A stretch of DNA of 63,751 bases, the filler included, from Intoshia linei (taxonomy: Eukaryota > Animalia > Orthonectida), in assembly GCA_001642005.1 (NCBI GenBank). It is 5 parts of 5 records of this genome, joined end to end, with 100 filler letters (N's around TTAATTAATTAA, not from the genome) between each part and the next. Parts side by side here need not be neighbours in the genome. Positions count along the whole stretch, not along the records: positions 1 to 22,752 come from LWCA01000613.1; positions 22,853 to 48,839 come from LWCA01000482.1; 3 more parts are not named here. One strand, given 5' to 3'. Numbering within the stretch: position 1 is the first letter of the stretch; every line of letters starts with the position of its first letter. Below, piece by piece: positions 13,517 to 27,100 of the stretch. The translations under genes and the position numbers were made by a program. The notes beneath the pieces were generated by a model, which did no database searches, had not been told where the DNA came from, and saw only the letters and a list, made by a program, of their open reading frames with translations.

Positions 13517-14642
13517 TAGGGCTTTTCAAAAAAAAATCCATGGGCACACCATATACTTCAAAGTGTGTAATAACGTATGTGCCTATTAAAAATGGTCAAT
13601 TTTTTAAAAATGTCTACCCTAAATAGATAGATTATCGTAACATAAATGAAAAAAATATTTATAATCTACCTGAAGTTTACTATGATGCATCTTATGAACT
13701 TGAAAATATTAATGAATATAATAGTGCTAAAGAATCAAACTTCACATCAGATTTAATGGAAAATGATTCAAATTTGCTTTATCCTCACAATATGTCTCAG
13801 TCGGATGTTGTAAAAATATCTGAAAGCCTGTCTCAAGTGTTCTTACAGTTGAGATGAGTTTGATGACTTTGAACAGATAATCTTGGATATTCCATTAACT
13901 GTACTGTTTCTATGGTTAACGAAGTAATGAAAATAATGGGATACAGGACATTTCCTAGGTTGTCCATTCAAAAACAAGCGTGTAGTTTAAAGGTATATCA
14001 GAAATAAATAAATAAACTAATTATTAGTTACAAAGGTGATCTTTGTATCCACTTTCATTCTAAAACATACAAGCATCGACATTATTTATCAATTTGTCTC
14101 AGCGGCGAATCTTTGCAGATATGCATTGCAATGAAAATAATAATTAATGGAAAATCATCANGGGCTAATTATTATATTTATTATATATAATTAATGAGGT
14201 GATTGAGTATGATGATTCTTGTATATTTTCTTAATATTAGCCTAATATTAGTAAGAACGATACATGAGAATCCTTCATATCAAATTCAATATCTTGAATT
14301 TTTATCATAATTATCATATTATACACTTTTAAAATAAAAAAATTGAATCGAGATGCAAAATGGCTTTTTCTAATTAAAAAAAAGTTGAAAGCCTAATACA
14401 TGTATATTAGGGCTGTTCAAAAAAAAAATCTTTGGGCACACCATATACTTCAAAGTGTGTAATAACGTATGTGCCTATTAAAAATGGTCAAAACTAAATG
14501 CATGGCAAACATGAACAATTTATAAAATTATTTGACATTTCTTGTGAACCTAAAATTTTTGAATCAATTTTGGACCAGCAATTTTACAAGGTAGGGGTAG
14601 ATTTTTTTCGAATAGAAAATTTTGTTAAAAATGAACAGCCCT
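13517..14642. mobile_element. Decayed DNA transposon with TAGGGCT termini (hATm-like), partly duplicated
   Basis: TAGGGCT(G/T)TTCAAAAA left ends at ~11930, 13517 and 14408; inverted AAAAATGAACAGCCCT at ~14641; broken coding-like interior. Confidence 0.45.
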
Positions 14643-14927
14643 CATGTATTTGTTTCAGGCAATTTTCAAATTTTACCTAATCAATTAATGTATCAATTCA
14701 TCTATTAATTCGTACCTAATTTAATATTAATAAGTGTAAGCAAAATTAAAATAATACTGTTCAAACTGTTCCAATCATTTTTTATTCTGGATTCATTTAC
14801 ATTATTTTGTAATTTTATCAGTTTTTCATAATATTCCCAATATTTATCAACATTTAATGTTTTACATCAATTGAAATAGAATACGTTTATAATTTTAAAA
14901 TTGCCTGTAACATATATATAATGTATA

Positions 14928-15721
14928 TCCTAACTTATATAATATGCTACGCGATTTTTGTTTGTGTGTGTTTTGTTAAATTTTTTAAAGACCACATTTC
15001 AATTACAGTTTTTTTCGGACCGTATAATAAGATGAATTTCAACGTCCCAGTCTTTATTGGAAATGTGTAGACGTACAATCCACATTTTTTATGAAATTGT
15101 AAAATTAATATTTACATTTTCAATTTTTGATTTTTATCGAAATATTTAAAAAATATTGGTTGATAATATATTAAAAATTATTTTTCACCGGGAATGCGTA
15201 GATTTCTAGCGTTGAAATTTTGTATTTATATCAACTGAAATAAGCTCTATCAGAATAATCTTCTTTTTTTTAATTTTTGGACCTTTAATTATTTTACATT
15301 TTTTGTACTAATAAAATATTTACGAAAAAAAATATATGAATACTAAAATGCTTTTTTGACAGTGAAGTCATCACTTATTCAGATTGAAATTTTTTTAAAT
15401 TCTAGGGATTTTTTAATTAAAAAAAAGGCAATTTGTGGTTTTGGCCCTGAAGATATATTTTGTTTAAATTTAAATTTATGATAATATTTATAATTTTAAA
15501 ATCCATATCAGAGTATAATAGAGCATATCATAGTATATTTTTTTAAATTCTCGAACTCGTTTGATTTTTAAAAAAAAGGACATTTGGGCTGTTTGATGCG
15601 TAAAGTGTGAGTTTGGGAGGTTGAAATTTAGACTTTATAAAATTGTAAGACTTGTAGTTATTGAAATAAAGGGTAACACACACACAAACAAATATTGCGC
15701 AGCATATTATATAAGTATGGA
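14928..15721. mobile_element. Helitron composite with two 5' termini in inverted orientation
   Basis: Begins TCCTAACTTATATAATATGCTACGCG (+) and ends CGCAGCATATTATATAAGTATGGA (5' end on -). About 120-bp imperfect inverted ends. Confidence 0.75.
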
Positions 15722-16139
15722 TAATTTTATATTTTTATCGTTTTAATCTTTGCACATTTTCGAATATAAATGTTTTTTCTTATTAAAAATGAAGGTGCGC
15801 CTAAATTTTAATTTATTTTATAGTTGCGTCCTGAATTAAAAAGATTAAAAAACATTGATGCAATTTAACTTAAAAATGTAATATCAAGTAATGCATATCA
15901 AAAATAAATGAATACAATTTATAAAACAAAGTAAATACCAATGTAATCACTAAAAAATTATGAATTACTCAATAACAATAACAATTCATAGTGATATACG
16001 AATAAATAAAAATTAATTTACAGCGTATTAATTGGAACAATAATCTATCAAATCTCTATCAATAGTAAATTTTTACGTTACAAAAATCTATACATTGATC
16101 TATAAAATATTTTTGCAAATAAATAAAGATTTATAAGCA

Positions 16140-18836
16140 ATGCAGAATTCATATATAATATTGAGCTTAGTAGTGTCTATAATCGCTTTAAAAATGACAA
16201 TTATTTCCTTTTTAACTGATCATTGGACGGATACAACAGTATACAGAAAACCCTTACTTGAAATTCTGGAAAAAAACTCCCTTAATCCCAATTTGCAAAA
16301 AATATATACCGATCAATTGTATTATTCCAATTACCGAGGAATATTTAGAAAATGTTTCAATAAAGACTATGTTATAGGTATTTTATTTTATTAGTTTAAA
16401 CTTTAAAATAAACTACATTTTTTAAATTCACACGATATTGTGTGTCATATTGTGTACATTACTGCTTGGTATGATTAATAGAACATTATGACTACTGAAT
16501 AAAAATTCAGATGAGGACTCCTGGGCCGTATGAGGGCATACTATTCGATACTATTAGATCATCTTATAAAAATTTTTTTTTTTACTACTGAAGGGTTGAT
16601 TAACTCTTAAATTGCAGAGTAACGCTGAAAAAACGTGATTTATGATTATGGTAATAATTTAAAAAATTTCCCCAATAAAAGCTTTCCATTAATAATATAT
16701 TAGAACATGATAGTTTTTATTAAAAAATAGTCAATAAATTTTTAAAGTGGGGTCCAGCATATAAAAGGTTGGGAAACATTGGTTTATGTTATATATTTAG
16801 TTAGCAAGGGCGAATTGGAACAAGACTGTGTATATGAAAATGGATTTGAATTGAGAATGTCTGAAAATAACGTCCACTACGGAAATTATTATGTGATTAG
16901 AATACGTATATAAGTTAAGTGATTTGCCTTTACATTATAATTATTAGATATACTCAGAACGCTAGTTTGCCTTATTTGTCTATCAATCATATTTAATTTG
17001 ATTTCACTTGTTGTAGCCGGATTAGCAGGTGTCAAAAGAAGCAATTACATGTGTAAATTTAAATAATATTTAAGGGATTATATGCAGTCAGAGTCTGACT
17101 ATCTAATTTTGATACAATGAATATTAACTTTCAAAAAATAAAAATATTTATTATACATTACTAATTCCTTAGAAATCAAACGCTGATGTTTTTTCTAAAA
17201 TTATATTCAATGAATTCATACAATTGTATTGCCCAAACATAATTTGTGATGGAATTGCAACTCATCTTTAATTTAACCAATTTATTTTTCAAATATTGAT
17301 CTATTTCCATTAAATTTGAAATTTTATAATAATAATTCCGTATAATGAGGCATACATACGGTCGATTTTGTTACGGCCATTATACGGACCGGCCCTTAAC
17401 CCAGTTGATTCTTGTAAGCATTTGTTAATGAATAGTTATGATCCATCCGGTAGATTGATCGCAAAGTGGTCTAAGTTTTAATTTGAATTTGGTAATTAGT
17501 CCGTATTTTTAAAAATTAAAATAAAAATAATAAAGATATTAATGATAAAATCACTATCTAAAACTCTATTAGCAAATGGGTGTTATTAAATTCTAGGATG
17601 CTTAATTTTTTAATTAAACGGTAATGCACATATATAATTCATTCTGGTAAGTAAAGAATAAATTTGATTCCATATAATATTAAAATTATAAAATTTACAC
17701 ATCCATCAAAACGGATGATTCCTAATTTAAAGTGTTTATTTTTTAAATCGTTATAAACTCTACTTTTAGTTTAATTTAGCATATATCTATGAATCAATCC
17801 GGTTTAATATGAAAAATCACACTAAACATACCTTACATCAATGCTTTTCAACTGGTGTGTCGCCAATGATCTCCAGATGCGTCGCCAATCTTTTTAAAAT
17901 TTATTTAATTTTGTTTTAAACCGAAATGATAACATAATAATAATATCGTTCACGCATATTTTTTAAGACACACATGTATGAATAAATACGCAAAAAAAAA
18001 TGTAAATGTCGTTTAGACAAGTGTAATTTTATGAAATTTAGTTTCCCATTTTTTTTTTTGACGAAAACAATCTTCGTCCACAGACTGTGGACCATAATAC
18101 GTAGTTTGACGATGCACTCTTTCTAATGAAAGTATGGTACCTAAAAAATTACAACGTCATCTAGCTACAACACATTGCCATTTATCATGAAAACGATGAA
18201 TGTATTTTGTGCAATTATTAAAATCTTTCAAAAATCAATGTTAAATTTTTACAAATATAATAAAAATATCAGATAGAGCTCACGGCAGTTACCTGATAAC
18301 TTAAATAGTGGCAAAAAATAAACCATTAAACTCAATCAAAAAAGATTATTAAAGAACCTGTAGAATATATAGCAAAATCCCAGCGAAAAACTGTATTAGA
18401 AAATGGGTTTTTTAAATTCTAAGACTGTTCATTTTTTAAATATACGTAACAAACACAGACATTCAATTTTATATATATTTAAGTAAAGGATGTTGAGCAT
18501 TCATTTTATATACCTTATTTTTGATTAATATTGGAAAAAAATAAATTTCACTGGATTTATAAATCAATGGTTTATTTTTTATTGGTGTGTCGCGAAAATG
18601 TTTGAGATTGAAATGTGTGTCGTCAAACAAAAATGGTTGGAAAGCACTTTGTTACGTATACGAAAATTTGTTAATAATATTCGGAATAAGAATCTTAATT
18701 GAATCTTATTCATAATCAAAAAATCAGAACACTGGATAATTCATTGATTGATATATATTTATCTGGATTGATTGAGATTTTTCATTATTTAATACTTTAT
18801 TAGTAAAAAAAGCTATGGCTCTAGTTTTGATGGCAG
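16140..18836 (+). CDS. PMP22/EMP/claudin-superfamily tetraspan protein, 3' exons not found
   Basis: Exons 16140-16377, 16801-16905, 16948-17050, 18804-18836. N-terminal TM helix, then TDHW ... YRGIFRKCF ... QDC (W-GLW-C-C claudin signature), TM2 LVCLICLSIIFNLISLVVAGLAG, and the start of TM3 AMALVLMA. Confidence 0.75.
17839..18651 (+). mobile_element. Deleted hAT (Buster/Charlie, ZBED5-like) element with a nested Helitron 5' fragment (~18380-18490)
   Basis: Ends CAATGCTTTTCAAC / GTTGGAAAGCACTTTG, subterminal GTGTGTCG repeats, and BED-finger relic LSNESMVPKKLQRHLATTHCHL. Confidence 0.75.
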
Positions 18837-20557
18837 GTAATATTTAAATAATTTTGTAATAAATACATACATGTATGTAGATGAGAATAATTTATATAAT
18901 ATAATATTATGGGTGTCTGTAGTAGCATATTCCACAGTAGTTCAGTATATTATTTCATTTTTTATTGTTTTCTAATAATTCTGATTATTATTAATTGTTT
19001 ATAATCATAAAATATTCTTATATACTGCATAATATGCAATGCATATATATAATTATTTTTTTAGAATATTTTTATGTGGTTTTTAACAATAGAATTACGG
19101 AGAAAAAAATATAACGAAAACTATCATCGGTAGTGATTTTAATCAGCAAATTTGGTTTTAATAATCATTTCCCATAAATTTAAAAAAAATTTATACTAGA
19201 TCAGTTATTTCTAAAGCAGAAATAAAGACGTATTTAAAATTCTGTATTTGGTATATTCAATCCCCGAACCCATTATTAATTACTTATTTTTGAATAATCA
19301 AAAAAATAATAATATTTTAGACTTTAAAAATAATTACAGGTAATTCAGCTTTTTCCAATTAACGTGCTCAAAAATTTTCAATTTATGAGATTTTAATCCA
19401 TATTTCTTCATTGGAAATGTATAGACGTTCAATTCATACTTTTTTGGTATTGTAGGATGAATATTTACATTTTCATTTTTAATGTTAATTCAAATATTAG
19501 AAAAATATTGATTGATAACACAGGACAACATTTTTATAATTTTAAAAAAATTTTTGTTAGATTTTATTTTTAAATGATAGACCGAATTGCAAAATCTATA
19601 TTCTGAAAGATAGAGGGAAATGCGTCTCCTAGTTACCGTAATAATATCATATTAATATTATTTTATACAAAAGAATTATTGGATATTTTAAATCATTAAG
19701 TGAACTATTTTGGGTAACTAATATTTTTTAAATACAAAATTAAAAATGGTGAATCTAATAAAACTATAATAATTTCAATTATGAAATTATCCTTAAAAAA
19801 AAGGGCAAATTTACCCTAATCATAGGTTTTTTTAACAATTTCTGGGATATTTTTTTACAGTACAATCTACACGAGAAAACGCAAATATAATCCCATGACA
19901 TAAAATTATTGATCTTACAGATTTTTTTTAAATTAAGTTTTAATAATTAACAAACAGACAAAATTTCATATTTACCATAAAGAATAATCATAAAGCATCT
20001 ATACCTGTGTTTTCCAATTTTTTTTACTACATTACCAATATTATAGTACTTATTTTGATATTACCCACTATATTGTTTTACTGCATTTTGGATGGTCAGG
20101 TTTTTAGAATAAGCCATATAAATTTTTTAATAGTAAACTTTAATTAAAATTTTTTAAAAAACTTATTTTAAAAAATAGTAAAATAAAGAGGAAATTGTGT
20201 TTTTGACCCGAAGGATTCAATAGGTAAAATGTATTTCATACGTTATTACGCTATATTATGCGACGCAAAAAAATAATCAAATTCATATTTTTTTAGAACA
20301 AATTTTGCGATTACCTATGAAAAATATCAAATTACTCATTCGTGGGTAAATACCCATAGGTTGGGAATCATTGATCTAATGTTATACATTGTATAGTATA
20401 CATTTCTTAACTTTAACACGAAATAGTCCACATTTGATAGAGTAAGATATTTTTAATTTTATTAGACGTAAGTCACAAATTAAACAATAATTATTTGATT
20501 TTATACAATAATAATCATTCATTTAAAATTAAATCAACTTTATATATTAGTTTAGTT

Positions 20558-20749
20558 CAGCGGTTCTTAAATGGGGGTACTGGTACTTCCTAGGGGCACC
20601 ATAAATTATTTTGGGGTACTAGTTCATCTCAGTTGATTTTTTTAATTTACATGGTAGCATAGTTACAATAAATAGAAATTATTATGGAGTACCAAATTAT
20701 TTTTTTTTAGTTTAGGGGTACCAACTACGAAATATGTTGAGAACCGCTG
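20558..20749. mobile_element. hAT MITE
   Basis: TIR CAGCGGTTCT / AGAACCGCTG with a perfect 8-bp TSD GTTTAGTT; internal GGGGTAC repeats. Confidence 0.9.
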
Positions 20750-20929
20750 GTTTAGTTGCATGTAACATTTAGTTGTACAGAAATGACAGTTATTATTTTA
20801 TATATAATATTAATATATTAATTAAACCTTTAACTACGAGATACATTTTTTAAATTTTTTCAGGAATGTAAAAATTATAATGCATATTTGCATATTATCT
20901 TATTTTTAAGCATAAATTTTATTCAGTGT

Positions 20930-21659
20930 TGTCCAGTGTAATATATTAAAAGTTATTTTTTACCGGCAATGCGTAGATTTCTGAGATTGAAACTTTTTTT
21001 ATATCAAATTGAATAAGCTCTATTAAAATAATTTTTTTTTTAATTGTAGAACTGTTAATTATTTCCAATTTTTTGTTAAAAAATATTTTCGAAATAAGAA
21101 AAGAATGAATGCTAAAGTGCTTTTTTGACCGTGAAGGCGTCACTTTGTCAGATTGAAATTTTTGGAGTGAATTAACTGGATATAACGTTATTAGCTGTAT
21201 TGTTTTCTAAAATTTTAGGGCTATTTTTATTTTTAAAAAAAAGGGTAGTCTGGGATTTTGATTGTAAAATGGACTTATTTGAGGTTGCCATTTATGATAA
21301 TGCTTATGCTCTTAAAAAATATTTCAGAATTTATGTTTTATAAAATTTTAAAACATTTTTCATTTTTATAACAAAGGTCAATTTGGGTTTTGACCATGAA
21401 GGTATGCGTTTCTGAGACTGAGATTTACGATAATGTTAATGATTTTAAAAGGCGTCCCAGTATATATGTTTTATTAAATTTTTGGGTTGATTTTATTTTT
21501 ATAAGGGAAAATGTGTTTTTGGACTTGAAGGACTTAAATTCGGAAACTGAAAAATAGATATAAACACGTCCCGGGAAAAACTGTATCAAAAATTAGGTTT
21601 TTTTAATTTTTAAATATACAGTACAGCACACAGACATTCAATTTTATATAAGTAAAGGA
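20930..21659 (-). mobile_element. 3'-truncated non-autonomous Helitron
   Basis: 5' end TCCTTTACTTATATAAAATTGAATGTCTGTGTG on the minus strand; ~130-bp units at about 21123, 21257, 21388 and 21518. Confidence 0.75.
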
Positions 21660-22299
21660 TTATGTACTGATTAGGGTGTGCACTTTTTTAAAAAACAAAA
21701 AGTATATTTTCATATAGGTGTGTTTTTGTGTGCTGATCATGAATATGCAAAAATTAATACGTTTAATTCATATTTTCTCCGCCTATTTTTTAAAACGCAT
21801 ACGATATTTATTATTTTATAAATTTGAACTGTGGTTTATTACTTATTAATTTTATATCATTATTACAATTATTACTATTTTTAGTAACGATTTATAGTAT
21901 AGGTAACAATATTAGAAAACGAATGACTAACCGTCAAATTGTTTATTTGATTAGTTGATCGTAGATTAAAAGAAATTAAAAATGTCTAAGCTCAAAAATT
22001 GAAAATTTTGTATTCATCAGATGTCATTTTGTATGACACTGACATAATGTCAGTATTCTAATTTTTAGTTATTTATATCAGTAAATATATATAACAAAAA
22101 TCATTCAAAATCATAATAATCCCAAAAAATAAATTCCATTAGATTATACAGTGTTGTTCAATAGATTATAATAATTGCTTTTTACATATTCTGTGGTTAC
22201 TAATTCACTAATGAGTAAATGAAATTAAATAAAATTTTGAAAATAAGTTACACATATATTTATGTTTAATTCAAATTAATTAATATTTTGTAATCCCTC

Positions 22300-22752
22300 C
22301 TTTAGCATGTATGAAATCTGTAATTCATTTCCACCCATTCCCACAGAAGATATATCCCCCAAACCATTACTTTTGTTAGAAATTTTACTGTTTGTATGAT
22401 GATTCGCATGATCTTATGCGCACATTATTACATTGGTTGCCCATCACACAAATCATTGATTCGTCCGAAAAAATAACCTATAAAATTACAAATTAGGTGG
22501 TTTTTATTAATTAGTACAAAATTAATGAATATAATATAATACAATTTATTTTAACTTATTAATAAATAACCTCATTCCATTTATGTTTATTCCAATTTTC
22601 ATGACGTTTTGCCCATAAAAATCTTGTTTTTTTTATTCTCTCAGTAAGGAGGGGTTTTCTTGTTTTTCGGTAAGATCTGTAACCTGCCTCCAATAGATTA
22701 GTCTACGATTAACAGTTAACCTTGACACATTAACATTTTGAGTTTGTAATTT
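22300..22752 (-). pseudogene. Tc1 transposase relic containing a 93-nt GT-AG intron
   Basis: VSRLTVNRRL...KPLLTERIKKTRFLWAKRHENWNKHKWNE|VIFSDES...VMVWG, the classic Tc1 DD34E-family motifs. Frameshifts and stops present; truncated by an N-gap. Confidence 0.85.
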
Positions 22753-22852
22753 NNNNNNNNNNNNNNNNNNNNNNNNNNNNNNNNNNNNNNNNNNNNTTAA
22801 TTAATTAANNNNNNNNNNNNNNNNNNNNNNNNNNNNNNNNNNNNNNNNNNNN
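22753..22852. other. Assembly gap spacer (N44-TTAATTAATTAA-N44); also at 48840-48939, 59290-59389 and 62442-62541
   Basis: Identical 100-nt construct with stop codons in all six frames. Confidence 0.95.
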
Positions 22853-24161
22853 TTAAAGCTTGATGGTGACCGGTAAATACACCCTAATATAATAGTTGGA
22901 TTATTTTATTGTTTTATTTTAATCCAACAGTGGTCTATCCCTTCAAATGGTTCCATTATTAAAAATGTAAGATGTTCGCGTATGTAGATAGCACTTCCGC
23001 CAAATTTTCTGCTGTCCACTACCAGTGGTTGGAATTGTGGCAGATGATACTGACTCGGGGGAGTATCTTCGGTAAGCTAAGTTTCTATCACTAGGATTAT
23101 ATCAATATGTTGTATTTTGGATAGAAATTTATTTTTTTTTTTGATAGAAAGCTTTGTATGTTGGTGTAGAGAACAGAAATACCGCATTCCAAATAACCTT
23201 CACATGTACTAGCGGCGGGTGCCTCACCATCACTACCAGCACCCCTATCCCATGTTAGTATATTGGTTAAAGATTATTATTATTAATTGCTAATTGCTTT
23301 TTTAAAATTTTAACATTGCTGGTACCAACTCGCACCACTGTTGGTAACATTACCAGTAAAATTATACTGGTACCAGCCTTTCCTATGGACTAAACAGTTT
23401 GCGCTGCCCTGGTATAAATAGAGTACACAGTCAAGCTACGATAGTAATATACATATTTAATTAGACGATAAAAAGTCAGGCGGAAGTATGTCGTTTCGAA
23501 AAAAGCAAAAAAAATAAAAAGATGCGTATTTAAACTAGTTTACTATAATAAATATTTTATTTAATTTCTTACTAAGCCTATAATTTTAACGCGACAATAT
23601 TATTCATCATTAATTCAATCATTTTTTAATCTCTTATTTTACTCTAATTAATTAGGTTAAATAGCAATTGATAATTATCTAATGCAAAATTCATTAGTTA
23701 CTTTCAAAAGCATTATTCTTGTGGTTATGGAATTAAATTTTCCTGTAATACTATTATTTTAATGTTTAATCCTATTTATTTGGTGCTCCATAATTATGCA
23801 GCCTAATTTGAATTTCAATTTCGTGCAGAATTTGAGAAATGAATAATAAGTTATTATAATTTTTATTATTAATAAATGTACAATAAAAGTTGATGTTTAT
23901 ACAAAACGAGTTCACTAAGGTTCATTTTATAAATATGATTTCACTGTACAAAAATGTGCTCATAAGGTTTTTGACGAAATTTAAATATTAACAGCTTTAA
24001 ATGGACTTTGACAATTATAAAAGTTAGTTAAGTTAGTAAAAATTAATAAGTGTTGAGTTGATTTTTTCGCACCAAGACAATATATATACGAAAAATGATC
24101 TCAACCTAAGCTTTAAATTACAATATACAACTGTATTCAAATACATTACAAAGTTCACAAT

Positions 24162-27100
24162 TTAAACTATATTATACTTTCTAAATTCATCGTTTAACAA
24201 GGTAATTTCATTTTTTAATTTCTTTGATGTATTGTTAAGAATATTCAAACGTTTATCACTTTCCGTTAAAATATGAACATTAAGTTTGTTTAATTCTTTA
24301 TATTTGATAAAATGTTGTTTTTCTAGATCAAGTTCAACATTATGTGACTCATAAGCTTTTTTCAACCCTTTAACATTGATATCATTTAATTCTTCATTTA
24401 CTTGACGAATGCTATGCAAATCAAAAAATAAATTATTAATTGTATCTTCCATAATTTGGTTTTTATCAAACATGATTTGATTTTCATTCAAAATATTTTT
24501 ACTGATCATGTTGTTATCAGAGATATTTGTCTCAATATCAATCAATTCATTTTGTTCTTGAGACATGGCAAGTTTTCTATCGTCAAACATTTCGCCAAAT
24601 TTATTTTGTAATGGATTAATTTGACCAATCATTATTTCTTTATTTTTTTTTAATACGGGTAATTCTGAAAGTAACAGATATTTTTTATTTTTATGGCCAT
24701 TCAATGTTTCTTGTACATTTTTAAATATATTGAAATTTTTATTTCGATTTTGGGATATTGTTTCATTTTCTATAGTGTTTTTTATTACATCCTGCTTTAT
24801 TAATTCAATTGTTTCATTCATCCATTTTATTTTGTCTTTGTGTAATTTAATGTCTTTTTCAATATTTTTTTCGCATGCATTACGTTTATCTATTAAATTA
24901 TCAATAATTGAATTTTGTGTATGTGTTTTTGTAAATAATTGGTTTATTTCAGATTCTAGGTTGTTTTTTTTTTCAATATTTCCTTTATATTCTCTTCGTA
25001 AATGGTTAGTTTCTTGTAATATCTCTTCTTCTATTCGCCTATATAGTTTTATATTTTACTAGTTTGACTGTTATGTACTACGTACAAACAGCACCTAGAT
25101 CTGCTGAGGCACATTTTTATTCTACCCATAAAATAAATTATTGATACAAAATTAATATTTTTTACTGATAGAAAGATACTGGATATACAGGTTTATTTAC
25201 AATTTTATTTTTGATGGAATTTAAGCTATTTTGACAATTTTTAGGATTTACTATTTTGGCTTTATTTTTATACACTTAATTTTAAGATTATACACTCATT
25301 ATCTCTAATAAATTGAATAAATGGGATCAAAAAATTGTTTTTAAAATTCTATACAAAAATGCAAATAAAATGAAGTGGGAATTATTTATTTTAAATGTAA
25401 AGGTAATGTAAAATTCAAGTTTAGGAATGACTTTCTTAAATGATTGTTAATAATGAGTGGCATTTTTAATTAAGATTTTGTTATTCAATATATTTTTTTG
25501 ATAGAATTAGATCAGTCCGCTCTCGGCAGAGCTAGGTGCTGTTTGTAAGTAGCTAAAAACAGCCTAGCTAGTCTAATAAAAATCTAGAAAAATAAATAAT
25601 TAAATATACATCATAAAATTCCTATCTTCGTCTAATTTTATCATAAAATCATCATATTGACTTTGTTTTTCAGTGTTATTATTTTTTTGTTTTGACATGA
25701 CACCTCTCTGTTCTTCAAGTTGTTTTTTTAAGTCCATAGTTATTTTTTGAATGGTTTCAAACTGTTGTGAATATTCTTCTTTATATTTTAATTCTTCTTT
25801 TTGTATAACCGCTATATTTATTGAAACATCAGCGAATTCTTCTTTTATTCTTAAATCAAATTTTAAAAATAAAAAAAATCTTAGAATTTGATACAACTGA
25901 AATTGTGGGATAGGTTTTAAAATCGTAAACATTAAAATTAAAAGAACATTGAGGTTTTTTACATTGAAGGACTCAATCTTGGAAAATAAAATATCCTATA
26001 AAACATGAACAGCGACAAACTGTAAGAGATGTATGGAAAATTTAAAATTTGACTCTTCTTACGTTGCTAAATAAACTGGAACAGAGAAATAAATAATCAG
26101 ACTTTATTTTTAACTAAATTACCCGTTTAAGTAAGGATGTATTATCATACGATGCAACAAAAGGAAATTTTTGATATGATTGATATTTGATATGATAGAT
26201 AATAGAGTAATTTTAATTTATTATTGAATATTATTATTATCGAGTTTTACAAATTTCATATGCTTTATAACAGTTTTTCCAGAGTTATGTTTTATCGCAA
26301 CTTTCAATTGCAGAAATTGAGTCCTTCAAAGTTAAAAACCCAATTGTCCTTTTTTAAAACTGTGAACTGAAAAAAACTGTAATAGAAATATGGAATTTAT
26401 AAAATTCTAAGGCTCTTACTTATTGAAATAAACCATAACACACACACTAAGATTTTTATATAAGTAAGGATTCTGTCTAATAAATTAAAAAAATGTTTAT
26501 CCTAAAATTTTTTACACAAATGTTAATATAACAAAATTAAGATGGAATAATCCACTTTAAATTAAAAGGTAATGTGATATGATGGTTCCGATAAAATACG
26601 TTTGGGAATTACTACTTTAAAGGATTGATAATAGTGAATAGTAGCATTTTTAACATAATTAATAAGTAAATTAATAAAACTGATTTTTTCATTTTAGGGT
26701 TGGTAAGACTACATTTTTCCCTTAAGGGTTGATAAAACTGGATTTAACGTATATAATATAGATAGGTGGACTGTTATGTACTACGTACAAACAGCACTTA
26801 GCTCTGCCGAGCGCACATTTATATTCTATCAAAAAAAAATAAATTAACGTTGAAAATCTAACTTAAAAATCTTACTATTCACTATTATCAATCCTTTTAA
26901 GGAGTGTTTCCCAAACTTGTTTCAGGTGGAACCGTCATATCACATTACTTTTTACTTTAAATGCAAAAATTCATACATATTCAATTGTTCCATAATTTTG
27001 GTCAAATTTTGATTAAAAATTTCAATTTTATCTTCCAATAATTTATTTTCCCCATCTTTAGTGACAATGGAAATTTTAAAATTATCAACAAGTTTTTGAT

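Noticed and set aside
14162-14443. Exact ~280-bp direct repeat resembling LTRs (with 11684-11967)
   Set aside because: No TG...CA ends, PBS or PPT; both copies abut single-N joins, so an assembly overlap is more likely.
22753-22852. Palindromic TTAATTAATTAA repeated four times in the window
   Set aside because: Always centred in N runs; it is an artificial six-frame-stop gap spacer.
23000-23420. GC-rich patches suggesting structured ncRNA or ribozyme (also 17340-17400 and 40010-40100)
   Set aside because: They consist of short reiterated motifs (ACCAG, TACGG, CCCACCA) next to hAT-like termini, i.e. transposase-binding subterminal repeats; no hammerhead, snRNA or tRNA core found.
24730-25062. 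110-aa hydrophobic ORF on the + strand
   Set aside because: Antisense shadow of the Lys/Glu-rich CCDC175 exon.
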